A DNA stretch of 64,000 nt from a plasmid, in the sequence record NZ_CP013482.1; one strand, given 5' to 3'. The number at the start of each line of letters is the position of its first letter. The stretch's first letter is position 1. This document shows, piece after piece, positions 42,661-52,656 of this stretch. Position numbers and translations under genes: made by a program. Under the pieces are notes generated by a model. It ran no database searches and had not been told where the DNA came from. It saw only the letters and a list, made by a program, of their open reading frames with translations.

Positions 42661-45236
42661 ACGCGACCGCATTCACCTCACTGTTCGCTTTGATCGCAGG
42701 CGGCGTGCTGATCGCGCTGTTCATGCGACTTCGCGCCGTTGGGGAGTCCCACAAGCTCAAGCTGCACCGCTCCAAGCAGGCCGGTCTTGCAGACCTCTTG
42801 AAGCACGCCAGCATCGTCGACGACGGCGTGATCCTGGGAAAAGACGGCTCCCTCATGGCTGCGTGGTTCTATCGGGGAAATGACAACGCGAGCGCGACAG
42901 AGCGCGAACGTGAATATAACTCCGCGCAGATCAATAAGGCCATCATCCGGTTGGGAAACGGATGGGCTTGCCACGTCGACGCCGTCAGAGTCAAAGCCCC
43001 GCAGTACAGCCACCCGAACGACTCGCACTTTCCGGATCCGGTGTCTGCGGCGATTGACGAGGAGCGGCGACGCTTCTTTGAGACCAACGGCAAAGTGTTT
43101 GAAGGTGCGTTCGTGGCGACCGTAACGTGGTTTCCGCCCGTACTGGCCGAACGAAAGCTGGTCGAACTGATGTACAGCGATGAAGCCGAAAAGCCAGACG
43201 CGCAGGGTGTGGCGGACGAGCTGCTGGCCGAGTTCAAGCAAGCCGTCGCCGGCATCGAGTCGCGCCTTTCCAGCGCTCTGAAGCTGGAACGCCTCGGCGC
43301 ACAGAAAGTGCTGAACGAGGATGGAACAACGACCGTTTTCGACCAGTTCCTGCAATGGATTCACTTCTGCGTCACTGGCGTTAACCATCCGATCGCGCTG
43401 CCGGCAAACCCGATGTACATCGATAGCCTCATCGGGGGCAAGGAGCTGTATACGGGCGTCATTCCGAAGATCGGTCGGAATTTTGTTCAAGTCGTTTCCA
43501 TCGACGGATTCCCCAGCGCTTCGCACCCCGGAATCCTGACCGCCCTCGGGGAGATTCCGGCGCAATACCGCTGGTCGTCGCGATTCATCTTTCTGGATCA
43601 GCACGTTGCGAACAGCCACCTGGAGAAGTTCAAGAAGCGCTGGCGGCAAAGGGTTCGTGGCTTTGTAACGGCACTCGTCAACCCGAACAGCCCGGACGTC
43701 GATGAGGACGCCGTCAACATGGTGGCGGATGCAGCAGCGGCCATTGCGGAGACCAACAGCAAGATGGTCGCGCAGGGTTATTACACGAGCGTCGTCGTCA
43801 TCATGGATGAGAACCGTGATGTGGTCGAAGCCGCGGCCCTGCTGGTTGAGCGCTCGATAAACGAACTGGGCTTCACGGCTCGCATCGAGACCGTGAATGC
43901 GATGGATGCCTTTATCGGCTCCGTTCCCGGTCACGTCGTCGAAAACGTTCGCCGTCCAATCATCAACACGATGAACCTGGCAGACATGCTGCCAACGAGT
44001 TCCATTTGGACAGGTGACGAGCGCGCACCGTGCCCGCTGTTCCCCCCCAACGCGCCGGCACTGATGCACGCACTCACAGCGGGTAACGCACCTTTCCGGG
44101 TGAACATGCACGTTGGCGACTTGGGACACGCTGCAATGTTCGGGCCTACCCGTGCCGGCAAATCGACGCACGTCGGCATGCTTGCCTTGCAATACCTTCG
44201 ATACGAAGGCGCACGGGTTTACGTCTTTGAAAAGGGCATGTCGTTTTACATCGCCTGCAAAGCGGTCGGGGGCGTGCATTACAACATCGGTGACGAAAAG
44301 CAGAGGACCGCCTATGCGCCGCTGAAGGACCTACGTTCGCGCTCGCGCCGTGCCTGGGCGATGCAATGGATGGCGACCATCATGGAACTGAACAACGTTC
44401 AGATGACGCCAGAACTGAGCAACGAGATCGCCACGGCGGTAATGACGATGGCTCGCAGTGCATCAGGCGGCGGCTCGCTCACGACTTTCAGAACGCTGGT
44501 GCAAAGCGCAGAGGTCCGCGCAGTCCTCCAGCAGTACACGGTCGACGGTGTGATGGGCCACCTGCTCGATGGTCAGGAAGACGGATTCTCCATCGACGAA
44601 GTAAGCACTATGTGCTTCGAGTTGGAACAGCTCATGCACATGGGCGACAAGTACGCACTCCCCGTGCTGCTGTACATGTTCCGCCGGATTGAAGAATCGT
44701 TGGACGGACGTCCGACTTTCATCATTCTCGACGAGGCATGGCTGATGCTTGGAAACCCGGCCTTCCGCGCGAAGTTGCGTGAATGGTTGAAGGCATTTGC
44801 CAAGAAAAATTGCCACATCCTTCTTGCTACGCAAAGCCTGAGTGACGCGAAGGAATCCGGGATCCTTGACGTCATTGTGGAATCTACCGCAACGAAAATT
44901 TTCCTCGCGAATCCGGCCGCAAACGACGAGGAATTCAGCGCGACCTACACCCAAATGGGCCTCAATCGCCGCCAAATCGAGATCATCCAGGCTGCGACGA
45001 AGAAGAAAGACTACTACCTCACTTCCGAAAAAGGCCGACGCCTCTATCAGCTTGCGCTTGGGCCGCTCGCCTTAGCGTTTGTCGGCGCGACCGACCCGGA
45101 GTCCATCGCGGAAGTGCAACGCCTCGAAGAAAAGCACGGCGGCCGACGCTTCGCTAGTGACCTTAGCGAAGGGTGGGTCAATGAATGGCTCGCCGGCCGC
45201 AACATCAATCTCAACGACTACGGAGTAGCAGCGTGA
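42657..45236 (+). CDS. trbE: TrbE (VirB4 ATPase), GTG start
   Basis: 859 aa; Walker A GPTRAGKST; AGGGAGG SD. Confidence 0.9.
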   Translation: MNATAFTSLFALIAGGVLIALFMRLRAVGESHKLKLHRSKQAGLADLLKHASIVDDGVILGKDGSLMAAWFYRGNDNASATEREREYNSAQINKAIIRLGNGWACHVDAVRVKAPQYSHPNDSHFPDPVSAAIDEERRRFFETNGKVFEGAFVATVTWFPPVLAERKLVELMYSDEAEKPDAQGVADELLAEFKQAVAGIESRLSSALKLERLGAQKVLNEDGTTTVFDQFLQWIHFCVTGVNHPIALPANPMYIDSLIGGKELYTGVIPKIGRNFVQVVSIDGFPSASHPGILTALGEIPAQYRWSSRFIFLDQHVANSHLEKFKKRWRQRVRGFVTALVNPNSPDVDEDAVNMVADAAAAIAETNSKMVAQGYYTSVVVIMDENRDVVEAAALLVERSINELGFTARIETVNAMDAFIGSVPGHVVENVRRPIINTMNLADMLPTSSIWTGDERAPCPLFPPNAPALMHALTAGNAPFRVNMHVGDLGHAAMFGPTRAGKSTHVGMLALQYLRYEGARVYVFEKGMSFYIACKAVGGVHYNIGDEKQRTAYAPLKDLRSRSRRAWAMQWMATIMELNNVQMTPELSNEIATAVMTMARSASGGGSLTTFRTLVQSAEVRAVLQQYTVDGVMGHLLDGQEDGFSIDEVSTMCFELEQLMHMGDKYALPVLLYMFRRIEESLDGRPTFIILDEAWLMLGNPAFRAKLREWLKAFAKKNCHILLATQSLSDAKESGILDVIVESTATKIFLANPAANDEEFSATYTQMGLNRRQIEIIQAATKKKDYYLTSEKGRRLYQLALGPLALAFVGATDPESIAEVQRLEEKHGGRRFASDLSEGWVNEWLAGRNINLNDYGVAA

Positions 45237-45247
45237 AGAAGCTCCTC

Positions 45248-45988
45248 ATGAAATTGCGCGGCAAAGGTCCACGCCCCGAACCTACTACAGACGACCCGTA
45301 TTTCAACGCCCGACTCAGTTGGAATCTGTACGTCGCGCCCATCGTTGAAGGACGCCGATTCAAGGATTTGTTGTGCGCTTTTTCGATGCTGATCGCACTG
45401 GTAGCAGTCGCGGAAAACGGCCGAATTGGTGCCATGTCGAAGTTCATTCCCGTCTTCCTTGAGCGGGGCGACAACGGCGAGGTCCACGCAACGCGTGGCG
45501 ATAAGGTCGAAGACGCCTTGCTGGCCGACTACCGCACTGCGGTGAACGATTTCATCATCAGCCAGCGCACGGTTACGGCCGACGCCGACTTGCAGCGAAA
45601 GATGATCTTTAAGGTGTATTCGATGCTCGCGCCCAACGATCCGGCCACGGCTCAAGTCACTCAGTTCTACAGCGGTGGCAACAAGTCGAACGGCAAGCCG
45701 ACCTTCGAGTTTTACACGGGGGGCAAGGACTCCAGCCCATTCGCTCGCGCCGCCGACGAGACAGTCACGCCGTCTCTAAACGCGTTGCTGCGCGTCACCG
45801 ATCAAACCTGGCAGGTCGACTGGACCGAAACGATTCGTTCCCGCGAAGGCGAGGTTAAGGACGTCATCAAACTACGCGCCCTTGTCACCGTGTACCAGAA
45901 CAAGGACGCAAAGATGGACGACAGCCAGCTCATCAACAACGGTCACAAGATCTTCGTGAAAGACCAGAGCCTTTCAAAACAGCTCTAA
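45248..45988 (+). CDS. trbF: TrbF (VirB8-like); the ORF extends upstream to 45185, overlapping trbE
   Basis: Synteny; N-terminal TM. Confidence 0.75.
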   Translation: MKLRGKGPRPEPTTDDPYFNARLSWNLYVAPIVEGRRFKDLLCAFSMLIALVAVAENGRIGAMSKFIPVFLERGDNGEVHATRGDKVEDALLADYRTAVNDFIISQRTVTADADLQRKMIFKVYSMLAPNDPATAQVTQFYSGGNKSNGKPTFEFYTGGKDSSPFARAADETVTPSLNALLRVTDQTWQVDWTETIRSREGEVKDVIKLRALVTVYQNKDAKMDDSQLINNGHKIFVKDQSLSKQL

Positions 45989-46006
45989 GCCTGGAGTAAA
46001 TCAAAC

Positions 46007-46921
46007 ATGAACAAGATTCACTGCATTGCACTTATCGCTGGCATGATTCCGGCGCTCACTTTCGCCGCCCCCGCACCGAAGACGGCTGGCGGCGAGGGCA
46101 CGGATCCGGTCGCAGACGCATATTTCTCGAAGAACGCGCCGGCGCTGACTGAGGACGAGAAAGCGGCCATCAAGATCGGTAAGGAATGGGCATCGAGCAA
46201 GACGATTACCCCCACGCGGGGACCGGACGGGTCGATCAACTATCCGTACCTTCCCGGCAAGCAATATCCGGTTGTGTGCGCCGTTCTACAGGTCTGCGAC
46301 ATCGCTTTGCAACCTGGGGAGTCGGTCACGGGATTGAACGCCGGGGATCCTCGTTATCAAGTGGAGCCGTCGATTTCTGGCTCCGGTGATACGGAACGCC
46401 TCCATCTGATTCTCAAGCCGCTTGACACCAATCTCAGCACAACGATGGTAGTCGCAACCAACCGGCGCGTGTACCACTTCCGTCTTAAGGCGTCGCGAGA
46501 AGACTCGATGCCGCTCGTGTCGTTCACCTATCCCGAGGTGGCGATGGCGAAATGGGACGCGATTCGTGCGAAGGAAGTCAAAGCGCGCAACGAAGCAACC
46601 ATCAAGGATACGGGGGAATACCTGGGCGACCTGAATTTCAACTATCAGGTCGACGGGGCCGCCTCATGGAAGCCGGTTCGGGTCTACAACGACGGGCGTA
46701 AGACGATCATCGAAATGCCCTCGACGATCGACCAAGGGGATGCGCCGGCTCTCCTCGTCGTAAGTAAGGATGGCGGCGTGTTCAGCGATGAGCAAACACG
46801 TCTTGTGAACTACCGCCTGCAAGGGAAGCGCTACATCGTCGACACCATTTTTGAGAAAGCCGTGCTTCTCGCTGGCGTCGGTTCGGAGCAAGAGCGCGTG
46901 ACGATCACGAAGGGGAAGTGA
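46007..46921 (+). CDS. trbG: TrbG (VirB9-like)
   Basis: Signal peptide; synteny. Confidence 0.85.
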   Translation: MNKIHCIALIAGMIPALTFAAPAPKTAGGEGTDPVADAYFSKNAPALTEDEKAAIKIGKEWASSKTITPTRGPDGSINYPYLPGKQYPVVCAVLQVCDIALQPGESVTGLNAGDPRYQVEPSISGSGDTERLHLILKPLDTNLSTTMVVATNRRVYHFRLKASREDSMPLVSFTYPEVAMAKWDAIRAKEVKARNEATIKDTGEYLGDLNFNYQVDGAASWKPVRVYNDGRKTIIEMPSTIDQGDAPALLVVSKDGGVFSDEQTRLVNYRLQGKRYIVDTIFEKAVLLAGVGSEQERVTITKGK

Positions 46922-46922
46922 C

Positions 46923-47366
46923 ATGCGAAAGCTCATCCCGCTCGTGTCATTCATCGTCAGCGGCATCCTGCTCGCTGGATGCACTACGCCCCAGCCCTAC
47001 GGCGATTTTTCTGCGGCTCAACCGGAAGTCGCACACCGTCTGGCCGACGCGGCCGTCGACCAGCTCTCGCTCCGCATGCCGCCCGCCAACACGCGGTTAT
47101 CACTCCAGCAACCGGCGACCGACGCGTTTGGTCAAGCGCTGCTGGTCTCGCTGCGTACGCGTGGCTACGCGGTCCGTGAGTTCAATCCGGACGCATTGAC
47201 GCCCTCGGCCGAAGCTGGCGTCCCGCTGCGCTACGTTGTCGATCACGGCGCTCGCATCACTGCGTATCGAGTCAGCTTGATCGTTGCCGGGAAAGCGATG
47301 AGCCGCGCATTCTCGACGGCCAACGGTGCCCCGGCCCCGGACGGTGCTTGGACGGTGGAGGAATAA
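46923..47366 (+). CDS. trbH: TrbH lipoprotein (VirB7-like)
   Basis: Lipobox LLAGC; synteny. Confidence 0.75.
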   Translation: MRKLIPLVSFIVSGILLAGCTTPQPYGDFSAAQPEVAHRLADAAVDQLSLRMPPANTRLSLQQPATDAFGQALLVSLRTRGYAVREFNPDALTPSAEAGVPLRYVVDHGARITAYRVSLIVAGKAMSRAFSTANGAPAPDGAWTVEE

Positions 47367-47369
47367 AGC

Positions 47370-48824
47370 ATGGCAAAAGAATTTGACCCGTTGTCGCCCG
47401 AGGCATCGCCGGGTGAAGTCGTAACTGGCGTGCGTCGGCTCAATCGCCTTCCGATCCTTATCATTGCAGGTATCGTCGTCGCTTTTGCAGGCACGCTGTT
47501 CGTCCTCACGTTCCAGAAGGGGCAAGAGCAACACCAGGTGAAAGTGGGGAGTAACGACGATTCCAACGGGGTGAAGAAGCCAACGGATTCGTCCAAGGTC
47601 GCGGCAGCCATTGTCGCCGGCCAGCCAAGCGGAGTTATTCGCTCATCCAAACCCAGCACGCCAGCATTGCCTTTGACAGCGTCGGGGGTTCAGGCCGCAC
47701 CTGCGACGGCCAGTGCGGTCGGCGTTCCTATCGCTCCGGTTGCGAACCGAGACGCACCGCCGCCGCCGCCGCGTGGAAACGCCGCTGGTGCGGGGACGGA
47801 ATCCGACGCACGTCTCATCGCTCAGATCGAAGAAAATCGGTTCCGCTCTCTCGAGACTGCCAATCGGGCGAAGTCGAAGGTAGCTGTAGACGGCCCTGCG
47901 ATCGGCGCTTCGGGCGGTCAGACCGTGACACCTGGCGGTCCCACTTCGCGAGACGACATGCTCGCGAGAATCGCTGACGCTCGTCAAAAGGCGATGCAAG
48001 CCGGGGGGCAAACTACCTCGGTACAAACCATGTACCAAGACCAACTGGCGCGCGTGAAGGCGGGCGTGGGCAGTGCGCCGAGTCTTATCGGCAGCGGTGG
48101 GTCGGGTTCGCCGTCTCTACTCTCCAGCAGCGGCGCGAGCGACAATCGTAACGGCTATTCGCAGTTCTCTGCCTCGGGGCAAGGTGATCGCTGGAAACTC
48201 GATTCGGACGTGCAAGCACCACGCTCGCGATTCGAGATCCGCACCGGGGACGTTATCCCTGGCGTGATGATCAGCGGCATTAATTCCGATTTACCGGGCC
48301 AGATCATGGGCCAGGTGTCGCAGAACGTTTATGACACCGCGACCGGAAAGCACCTTTTGATCCCTCAAGGAACACGACTGGTAGGCACGTACAACAACAA
48401 CGTCGTGTTCGGTCAATCCGCTGTTCTGATCGCCTGGCAACGCCTCGTGTTTCCGGACGGTAAAGCTCTCGATATTGGCTCAATGCCTGGCGCCGATGGA
48501 GCGGGCTATTCCGGCTTCCGAGATCAAGTCAATAACCACTATTTGCGCATCTACAGCTCCGCGTTGCTGATGTCGGCAATTACGGCCGGCGTTGCTTACA
48601 GCCAGGACCGCAATAGCACAAACGGCACGGGCTATCAGCAACCGACCGCCAGCAGCGAACTTAGTCAGGCACTCGGCCAGCAGCTCGGCCAAGTATCCGG
48701 ACAACTGATCTCGAAGAACCTGAACATCGCGCCGACGCTGGAAATTCGCCCTGGCTATCGATTCAACATCGTGGTGGTCAAGGATCTCGATTTCAGCAAA
48801 GCCTACCAATCGTTTGACTACTGA
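47370..48824 (+). CDS. trbI: TrbI (VirB10-like)
   Basis: N-terminal TM; Pro-rich linker; conserved C-terminal domain. Confidence 0.85.
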   Translation: MAKEFDPLSPEASPGEVVTGVRRLNRLPILIIAGIVVAFAGTLFVLTFQKGQEQHQVKVGSNDDSNGVKKPTDSSKVAAAIVAGQPSGVIRSSKPSTPALPLTASGVQAAPATASAVGVPIAPVANRDAPPPPPRGNAAGAGTESDARLIAQIEENRFRSLETANRAKSKVAVDGPAIGASGGQTVTPGGPTSRDDMLARIADARQKAMQAGGQTTSVQTMYQDQLARVKAGVGSAPSLIGSGGSGSPSLLSSSGASDNRNGYSQFSASGQGDRWKLDSDVQAPRSRFEIRTGDVIPGVMISGINSDLPGQIMGQVSQNVYDTATGKHLLIPQGTRLVGTYNNNVVFGQSAVLIAWQRLVFPDGKALDIGSMPGADGAGYSGFRDQVNNHYLRIYSSALLMSAITAGVAYSQDRNSTNGTGYQQPTASSELSQALGQQLGQVSGQLISKNLNIAPTLEIRPGYRFNIVVVKDLDFSKAYQSFDY

Positions 48825-48840
48825 TCGGGAGAGTTCAGCC

Positions 48841-49617
48841 ATGAATCTGAGAAATCTCATTTCGCATTTAGCGGCTAAAGTCGGATGCGCTACCGCCATC
48901 GCCCTCAGCGTGCTGGCCGCGCCGGCACACGCCGGTATCCCCGTGATCGACGGGACGAACGTGGTTCAAACGACGGTCTCGGCGTTGAACTCGGTCGCCT
49001 CCGTTGCGAAGCAGATCGAGCAATACCAAACGCAGTTGCAGCAGTACGAAAACATGCTGCGCAACTCGCTCGCGCCTGCTGCGTATATCTGGGACCAGGT
49101 CAACTCGACGATCAACAAGATGCTGAACCTGCAAGACACCCTTTCGGGTTTGAAAGGGCAATACGGGAGCATCGATGCGTACTTGAACCGGTTCCAGAAC
49201 GTCGGGTACTACCGCCAATCGCCCTGTTTCACCAACACGGGATGCTCCGCGTCCGAAATGGAAGCTATCCAGCAAGGACGGACTGCTTGGTCGGATAGCC
49301 AGAAGAAGGCAAACGACGCGGCGATCAAGCAACTGGATCAGCAGCAATCGGCCCTTTCCAAAGACGCCGATACGGTCGCTCGGTTGCAATCGCAGGCATC
49401 CGGTGCCGGCGGTCAAATGGAAGCGTTGCAGGCCGCAAATCAGCTTGCCAGCACCCAGGCGAACTCACTTCTGAACATCCGAAGCCTTTTGCTCGCGCAG
49501 CAAAACATTCTCGTGACCCGCTCTCAAATTGAGGCCGATCGCGAGGCCCAGTTGCAGGCCGGTGACGAGCAATTTCGTCGCGGAGCCTTCACGAAAAGCC
49601 CCGCCGTTAGCTGGTGA
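48841..49617 (+). CDS. trbJ: TrbJ (VirB5-like); the ORF extends to 48814
   Basis: Signal peptide; coiled coil; synteny. Confidence 0.75.
   Translation: MNLRNLISHLAAKVGCATAIALSVLAAPAHAGIPVIDGTNVVQTTVSALNSVASVAKQIEQYQTQLQQYENMLRNSLAPAAYIWDQVNSTINKMLNLQDTLSGLKGQYGSIDAYLNRFQNVGYYRQSPCFTNTGCSASEMEAIQQGRTAWSDSQKKANDAAIKQLDQQQSALSKDADTVARLQSQASGAGGQMEALQAANQLASTQANSLLNIRSLLLAQQNILVTRSQIEADREAQLQAGDEQFRRGAFTKSPAVSW
48867..48879. promoter_or_regulatory. KorB operator TTTAGCGGCTAAA located inside the trbJ coding sequence (encodes HLAAK)
   Basis: Exact palindrome. Confidence 0.6.
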
Positions 49618-49658
49618 AAGGAGAGGGCAATGACATTCAAAGCGGGAGTGATTACGCC

Positions 49659-51398
49659 ATGAATCGAAAGGTTGTATTGGCCCTAGCGGGGACTGCTGCG
49701 CTGCTCATGGCGACGTCCGCATTCGCCGCCGACAGTAGCGGGATGCTTGACCAGATTTTGGGCAAGTACAAGTCTGCCGCGTCCAACTGGTCCGGTGCCA
49801 TTTCTACAGCGGCCACGTTCATTTTTTGGTCGATTGCGTTGATGAGCATGATCTGGACTTTTGGCATCCACGCACTGCGCAGGGCAGACTTCGGAGATAC
49901 GTTCGTCGAACTAATTCGATTCATCACGCCACTCGGATTCTTCTGGTGGTTGGTCTTGAATGGCCCCGCCATTTCAACGGCGATCTTAGACGGCATGCGC
50001 CAATTGGCGTCCCAGGCTGGGGGTTACTCCACGGCCATGACTCCGTCCGGGATCGTTGACATTGGCTTCGACATTCTCGGAAAGGTAATCGACAACTCCT
50101 CGGTGTGGTCGCCGGTAAATAGCCTCGTCGGGCTACTTATCGCCGTGGCGATTTTGATCTGCCTGCTTCTTGTTGGCGTGAACATGCTCCTTGTGCTGGT
50201 TTCGGGCTGGGTGCTCATTTATGCCGGGCAATTCTTCCTTGGGTTCGGTGGTGCGGGCTGGACCAGGGACACCGCCGTCAACTACATGAAGACGGTTGTG
50301 AACATCGCTATTCAGGCATTCACGATGGTGCTGCTCGTCGGCATCGGAAAGTCTTTCGTCGACGTTTTTTATAGCGACATGGCCGGCGGCATTACTTTCC
50401 GTGATCTCGTGATCATGCTCAGTGTTGCGGTCGTCTTGCTTGCCCTGATTAACAAGCTCCCTCCCATGATGGGCGGCATATTTGGTGGAGCCTCGACCGG
50501 CGGCATTGGTACTGCGGGAGCCGGCGCAGCAATGGCGACTATGGCAGCAGGCATCGGTGCGTTGGCTGCAACGGCTGCGGTAGCCCAAGCCGCTGCCTCC
50601 AGCGTGGGCGGTGGTATGAGTGCACTGAAGGCCGCCTATGACGCAGCGAAGGAGGAAATGGGCGGTTCCGCCGGGGGCGGTGGCAGCGGTGGCGAAAGCT
50701 CCGGGGATGCGAGCGTTGGGGGCGGGTCTCATGGCAGCAGTGGCAGTGCTGGCGGCGGTTCCGGTGAGGCTGGAGGCGGACAGGCGAGCGGAAAGAGCCA
50801 AGGCGGCAGCGGTGGGTTCTCTGCCGCGATGGGTCGCATGGGCCAGCTCGCGGCAGGTACGGCAGCTCACCTTGCGAAAGGCAGCGCCGCTGTAGCCAAG
50901 GACCGCATGGAAGCGATGATGGACTCCGCAAAGGAGCGAATCGCCGGAACGACTGGCGGCCAGATTGCGCAAGAAATTAGGTCGCCTGGTAGCGCCTCGC
51001 AAGCTCGTCAAGATGCGCGCGACATGGCTAAAGCGAACGAACTCTACGGTGCCGCAGTCGCTGCCGAAGCTCGTGACTTCATCGCCGGCCACGGTGCATC
51101 TCAATCGGGTACAGCCTCAGAACCGGACTTCTCCGGCGACTCCATGGGCGGTGCCGAATCGGCCAACCCATCAAGTACCGGAGACGCTTCGGCCGGTTCT
51201 GCCGCCGACAGCAGCGCAGCGTCCAGCTCGGCAAACAGTGAAGGGCAAGCCAGCGCGGCTCAAGGCACGGGCGACGGCAGTACAGGTGACGCCCCGTCCT
51301 CTCAGGCAGCCCAACCCGGCGCACAGCAATTCACTCCGAGTGCCGCTGAAAAGGCAGAAATCGACGAATTCGTCAACAACCAACAGAAGTCCGCTTAA
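49659..51398 (+). CDS. trbL: TrbL (VirB6-like) with a long Gly/Ser/Ala-rich low-complexity C-terminal tail; follows trbJ directly with no trbK
   Basis: Signal peptide; multi-TM core; synteny. Confidence 0.8.
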   Translation: MNRKVVLALAGTAALLMATSAFAADSSGMLDQILGKYKSAASNWSGAISTAATFIFWSIALMSMIWTFGIHALRRADFGDTFVELIRFITPLGFFWWLVLNGPAISTAILDGMRQLASQAGGYSTAMTPSGIVDIGFDILGKVIDNSSVWSPVNSLVGLLIAVAILICLLLVGVNMLLVLVSGWVLIYAGQFFLGFGGAGWTRDTAVNYMKTVVNIAIQAFTMVLLVGIGKSFVDVFYSDMAGGITFRDLVIMLSVAVVLLALINKLPPMMGGIFGGASTGGIGTAGAGAAMATMAAGIGALAATAAVAQAAASSVGGGMSALKAAYDAAKEEMGGSAGGGGSGGESSGDASVGGGSHGSSGSAGGGSGEAGGGQASGKSQGGSGGFSAAMGRMGQLAAGTAAHLAKGSAAVAKDRMEAMMDSAKERIAGTTGGQIAQEIRSPGSASQARQDARDMAKANELYGAAVAAEARDFIAGHGASQSGTASEPDFSGDSMGGAESANPSSTGDASAGSAADSSAASSSANSEGQASAAQGTGDGSTGDAPSSQAAQPGAQQFTPSAAEKAEIDEFVNNQQKSA

Positions 51399-51411
51399 CC
51401 ACGAGATCACA

Positions 51412-51990
51412 ATGATTAAGGCTATAAAACGAATCCTGGTCACTCTCGCGTGTGCTTTCGCCATCGGACAGTCGCCGCAAGCGTCGGCCCAAGTTTTGAC
51501 GGGCGACGTCGGGCTGGCCTGCGAAGCAATTCTCTGCCTTTCGTCCGGGTTCCGGCCCGGTGAATGCGCGCCGTCACTGGCCCGCTACTTCGGGATTAGC
51601 TTCAAATTCTGGACCGATACGCTGCGCGGTCGAATCAATTTTCTGAATCTTTGCCCTGCGGGTAACGTCCCCGGTGGGGCCGACATGCCGTCCCTCATCA
51701 ACACGATCGCGAACGGTGCTGGGCGCTGCGATGCCGACTATCTCAACATGAACAACATCGTCGAGGTAGAGGTGCGCGAGTGCGACGGTTATGGCGGGGG
51801 TGACACCGGGCCGTCCTGCTACACATACACGAAGCGGGTCATCAGCAACGTGCTGCCCACATACTGCGTCGCATACACGCAGAGCCAGTATCAGTACCTT
51901 CTTGGCGTCAAATACGTTGGGGAACCGCTCAAGGACGGTCATTGGATCTCCGATGCGAGCGGCGCACTCGTTAACGGGGCGAGCAAGTAA
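51412..51990 (+). CDS. trbM: TrbM-like secreted Cys-rich protein
   Basis: Signal peptide; about 190 aa; synteny. Confidence 0.6.
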   Translation: MIKAIKRILVTLACAFAIGQSPQASAQVLTGDVGLACEAILCLSSGFRPGECAPSLARYFGISFKFWTDTLRGRINFLNLCPAGNVPGGADMPSLINTIANGAGRCDADYLNMNNIVEVEVRECDGYGGGDTGPSCYTYTKRVISNVLPTYCVAYTQSQYQYLLGVKYVGEPLKDGHWISDASGALVNGASK

Positions 51991-51992
51991 CC

Positions 51993-52652
51993 ATGCCCGT
52001 CATCGAGATCCCCCAGCACCTGCCAGAGCGCGTCGCTTGCTCGATTGCCGCAGCGGTCAAATATGAGATCCCGGCAAATCTCATGCTCGCCGTTGCCGAA
52101 CAAGAGGGTGGCTCGCCTGGACTTGTGAAGCGCAACGGCGATGGCACTGTCGACGTCGGGTCAATGCAGTTCAACACCAAGTACCTCGCCGACTTGCGTC
52201 GTTACGGCATTTCGGCTGAGGACGTGTCCCAAGCCGGCTGCTATCCGTTCGACCTTGCCGCCTGGCGATTGCGTGGGCACATCCTGCGCGATGCGGGGGA
52301 TCTCTGGACGCGTGCGGCTAACTACCACTCGCGCACCCCTTCAAAAAACGCCACCTATCGCGCTTACATCCTGCCGCGTGCTGCGCGCTGGCAGAAGTGG
52401 CTCGAAGCGCGCTTCGTAACCTATGACTCCACCGCTGGCGTTGTCGAAATGCGTGTGCCAACGCAGGGTAGGGCAGAGCATGCCGGCACAAGTGAGTCCC
52501 CTGCCCTGCCCTCCACTGTTCCCCTCGGGGTGACGTCGAACGCCTTTCGGGTCGACCCCGCGAACACTCCAGCAGCCAAGGCACTCGCCACTGTCTACGG
52601 CCGCAATCTGAATGCGCCGTCAGATTCTCCCGGCACGGATTTTAGCCGCTAA
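51993..52652 (+). CDS. trbN: TrbN lytic transglycosylase (VirB1-like)
   Basis: SLT-like region GSMQFN; synteny. Confidence 0.75.
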   Translation: MPVIEIPQHLPERVACSIAAAVKYEIPANLMLAVAEQEGGSPGLVKRNGDGTVDVGSMQFNTKYLADLRRYGISAEDVSQAGCYPFDLAAWRLRGHILRDAGDLWTRAANYHSRTPSKNATYRAYILPRAARWQKWLEARFVTYDSTAGVVEMRVPTQGRAEHAGTSESPALPSTVPLGVTSNAFRVDPANTPAAKALATVYGRNLNAPSDSPGTDFSR

Positions 52653-52653
52653 A
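52641..52653. promoter_or_regulatory. KorB operator TTTAGCCGCTAAA overlapping the trbN stop codon
   Basis: Exact palindrome. Confidence 0.7.
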
Positions 52654-52656
52654 GCG

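Noticed and set aside
42678-44279. 533-aa minus-strand ORF inside trbE
   Set aside because: Antisense to the well-supported VirB4 homolog trbE; no start context; high-GC artefact.
50133-51104. 323-aa minus-strand ORF inside trbL
   Set aside because: Antisense to the Gly/Ser/Ala-rich tail of trbL; translation is Arg/Pro/His low complexity.
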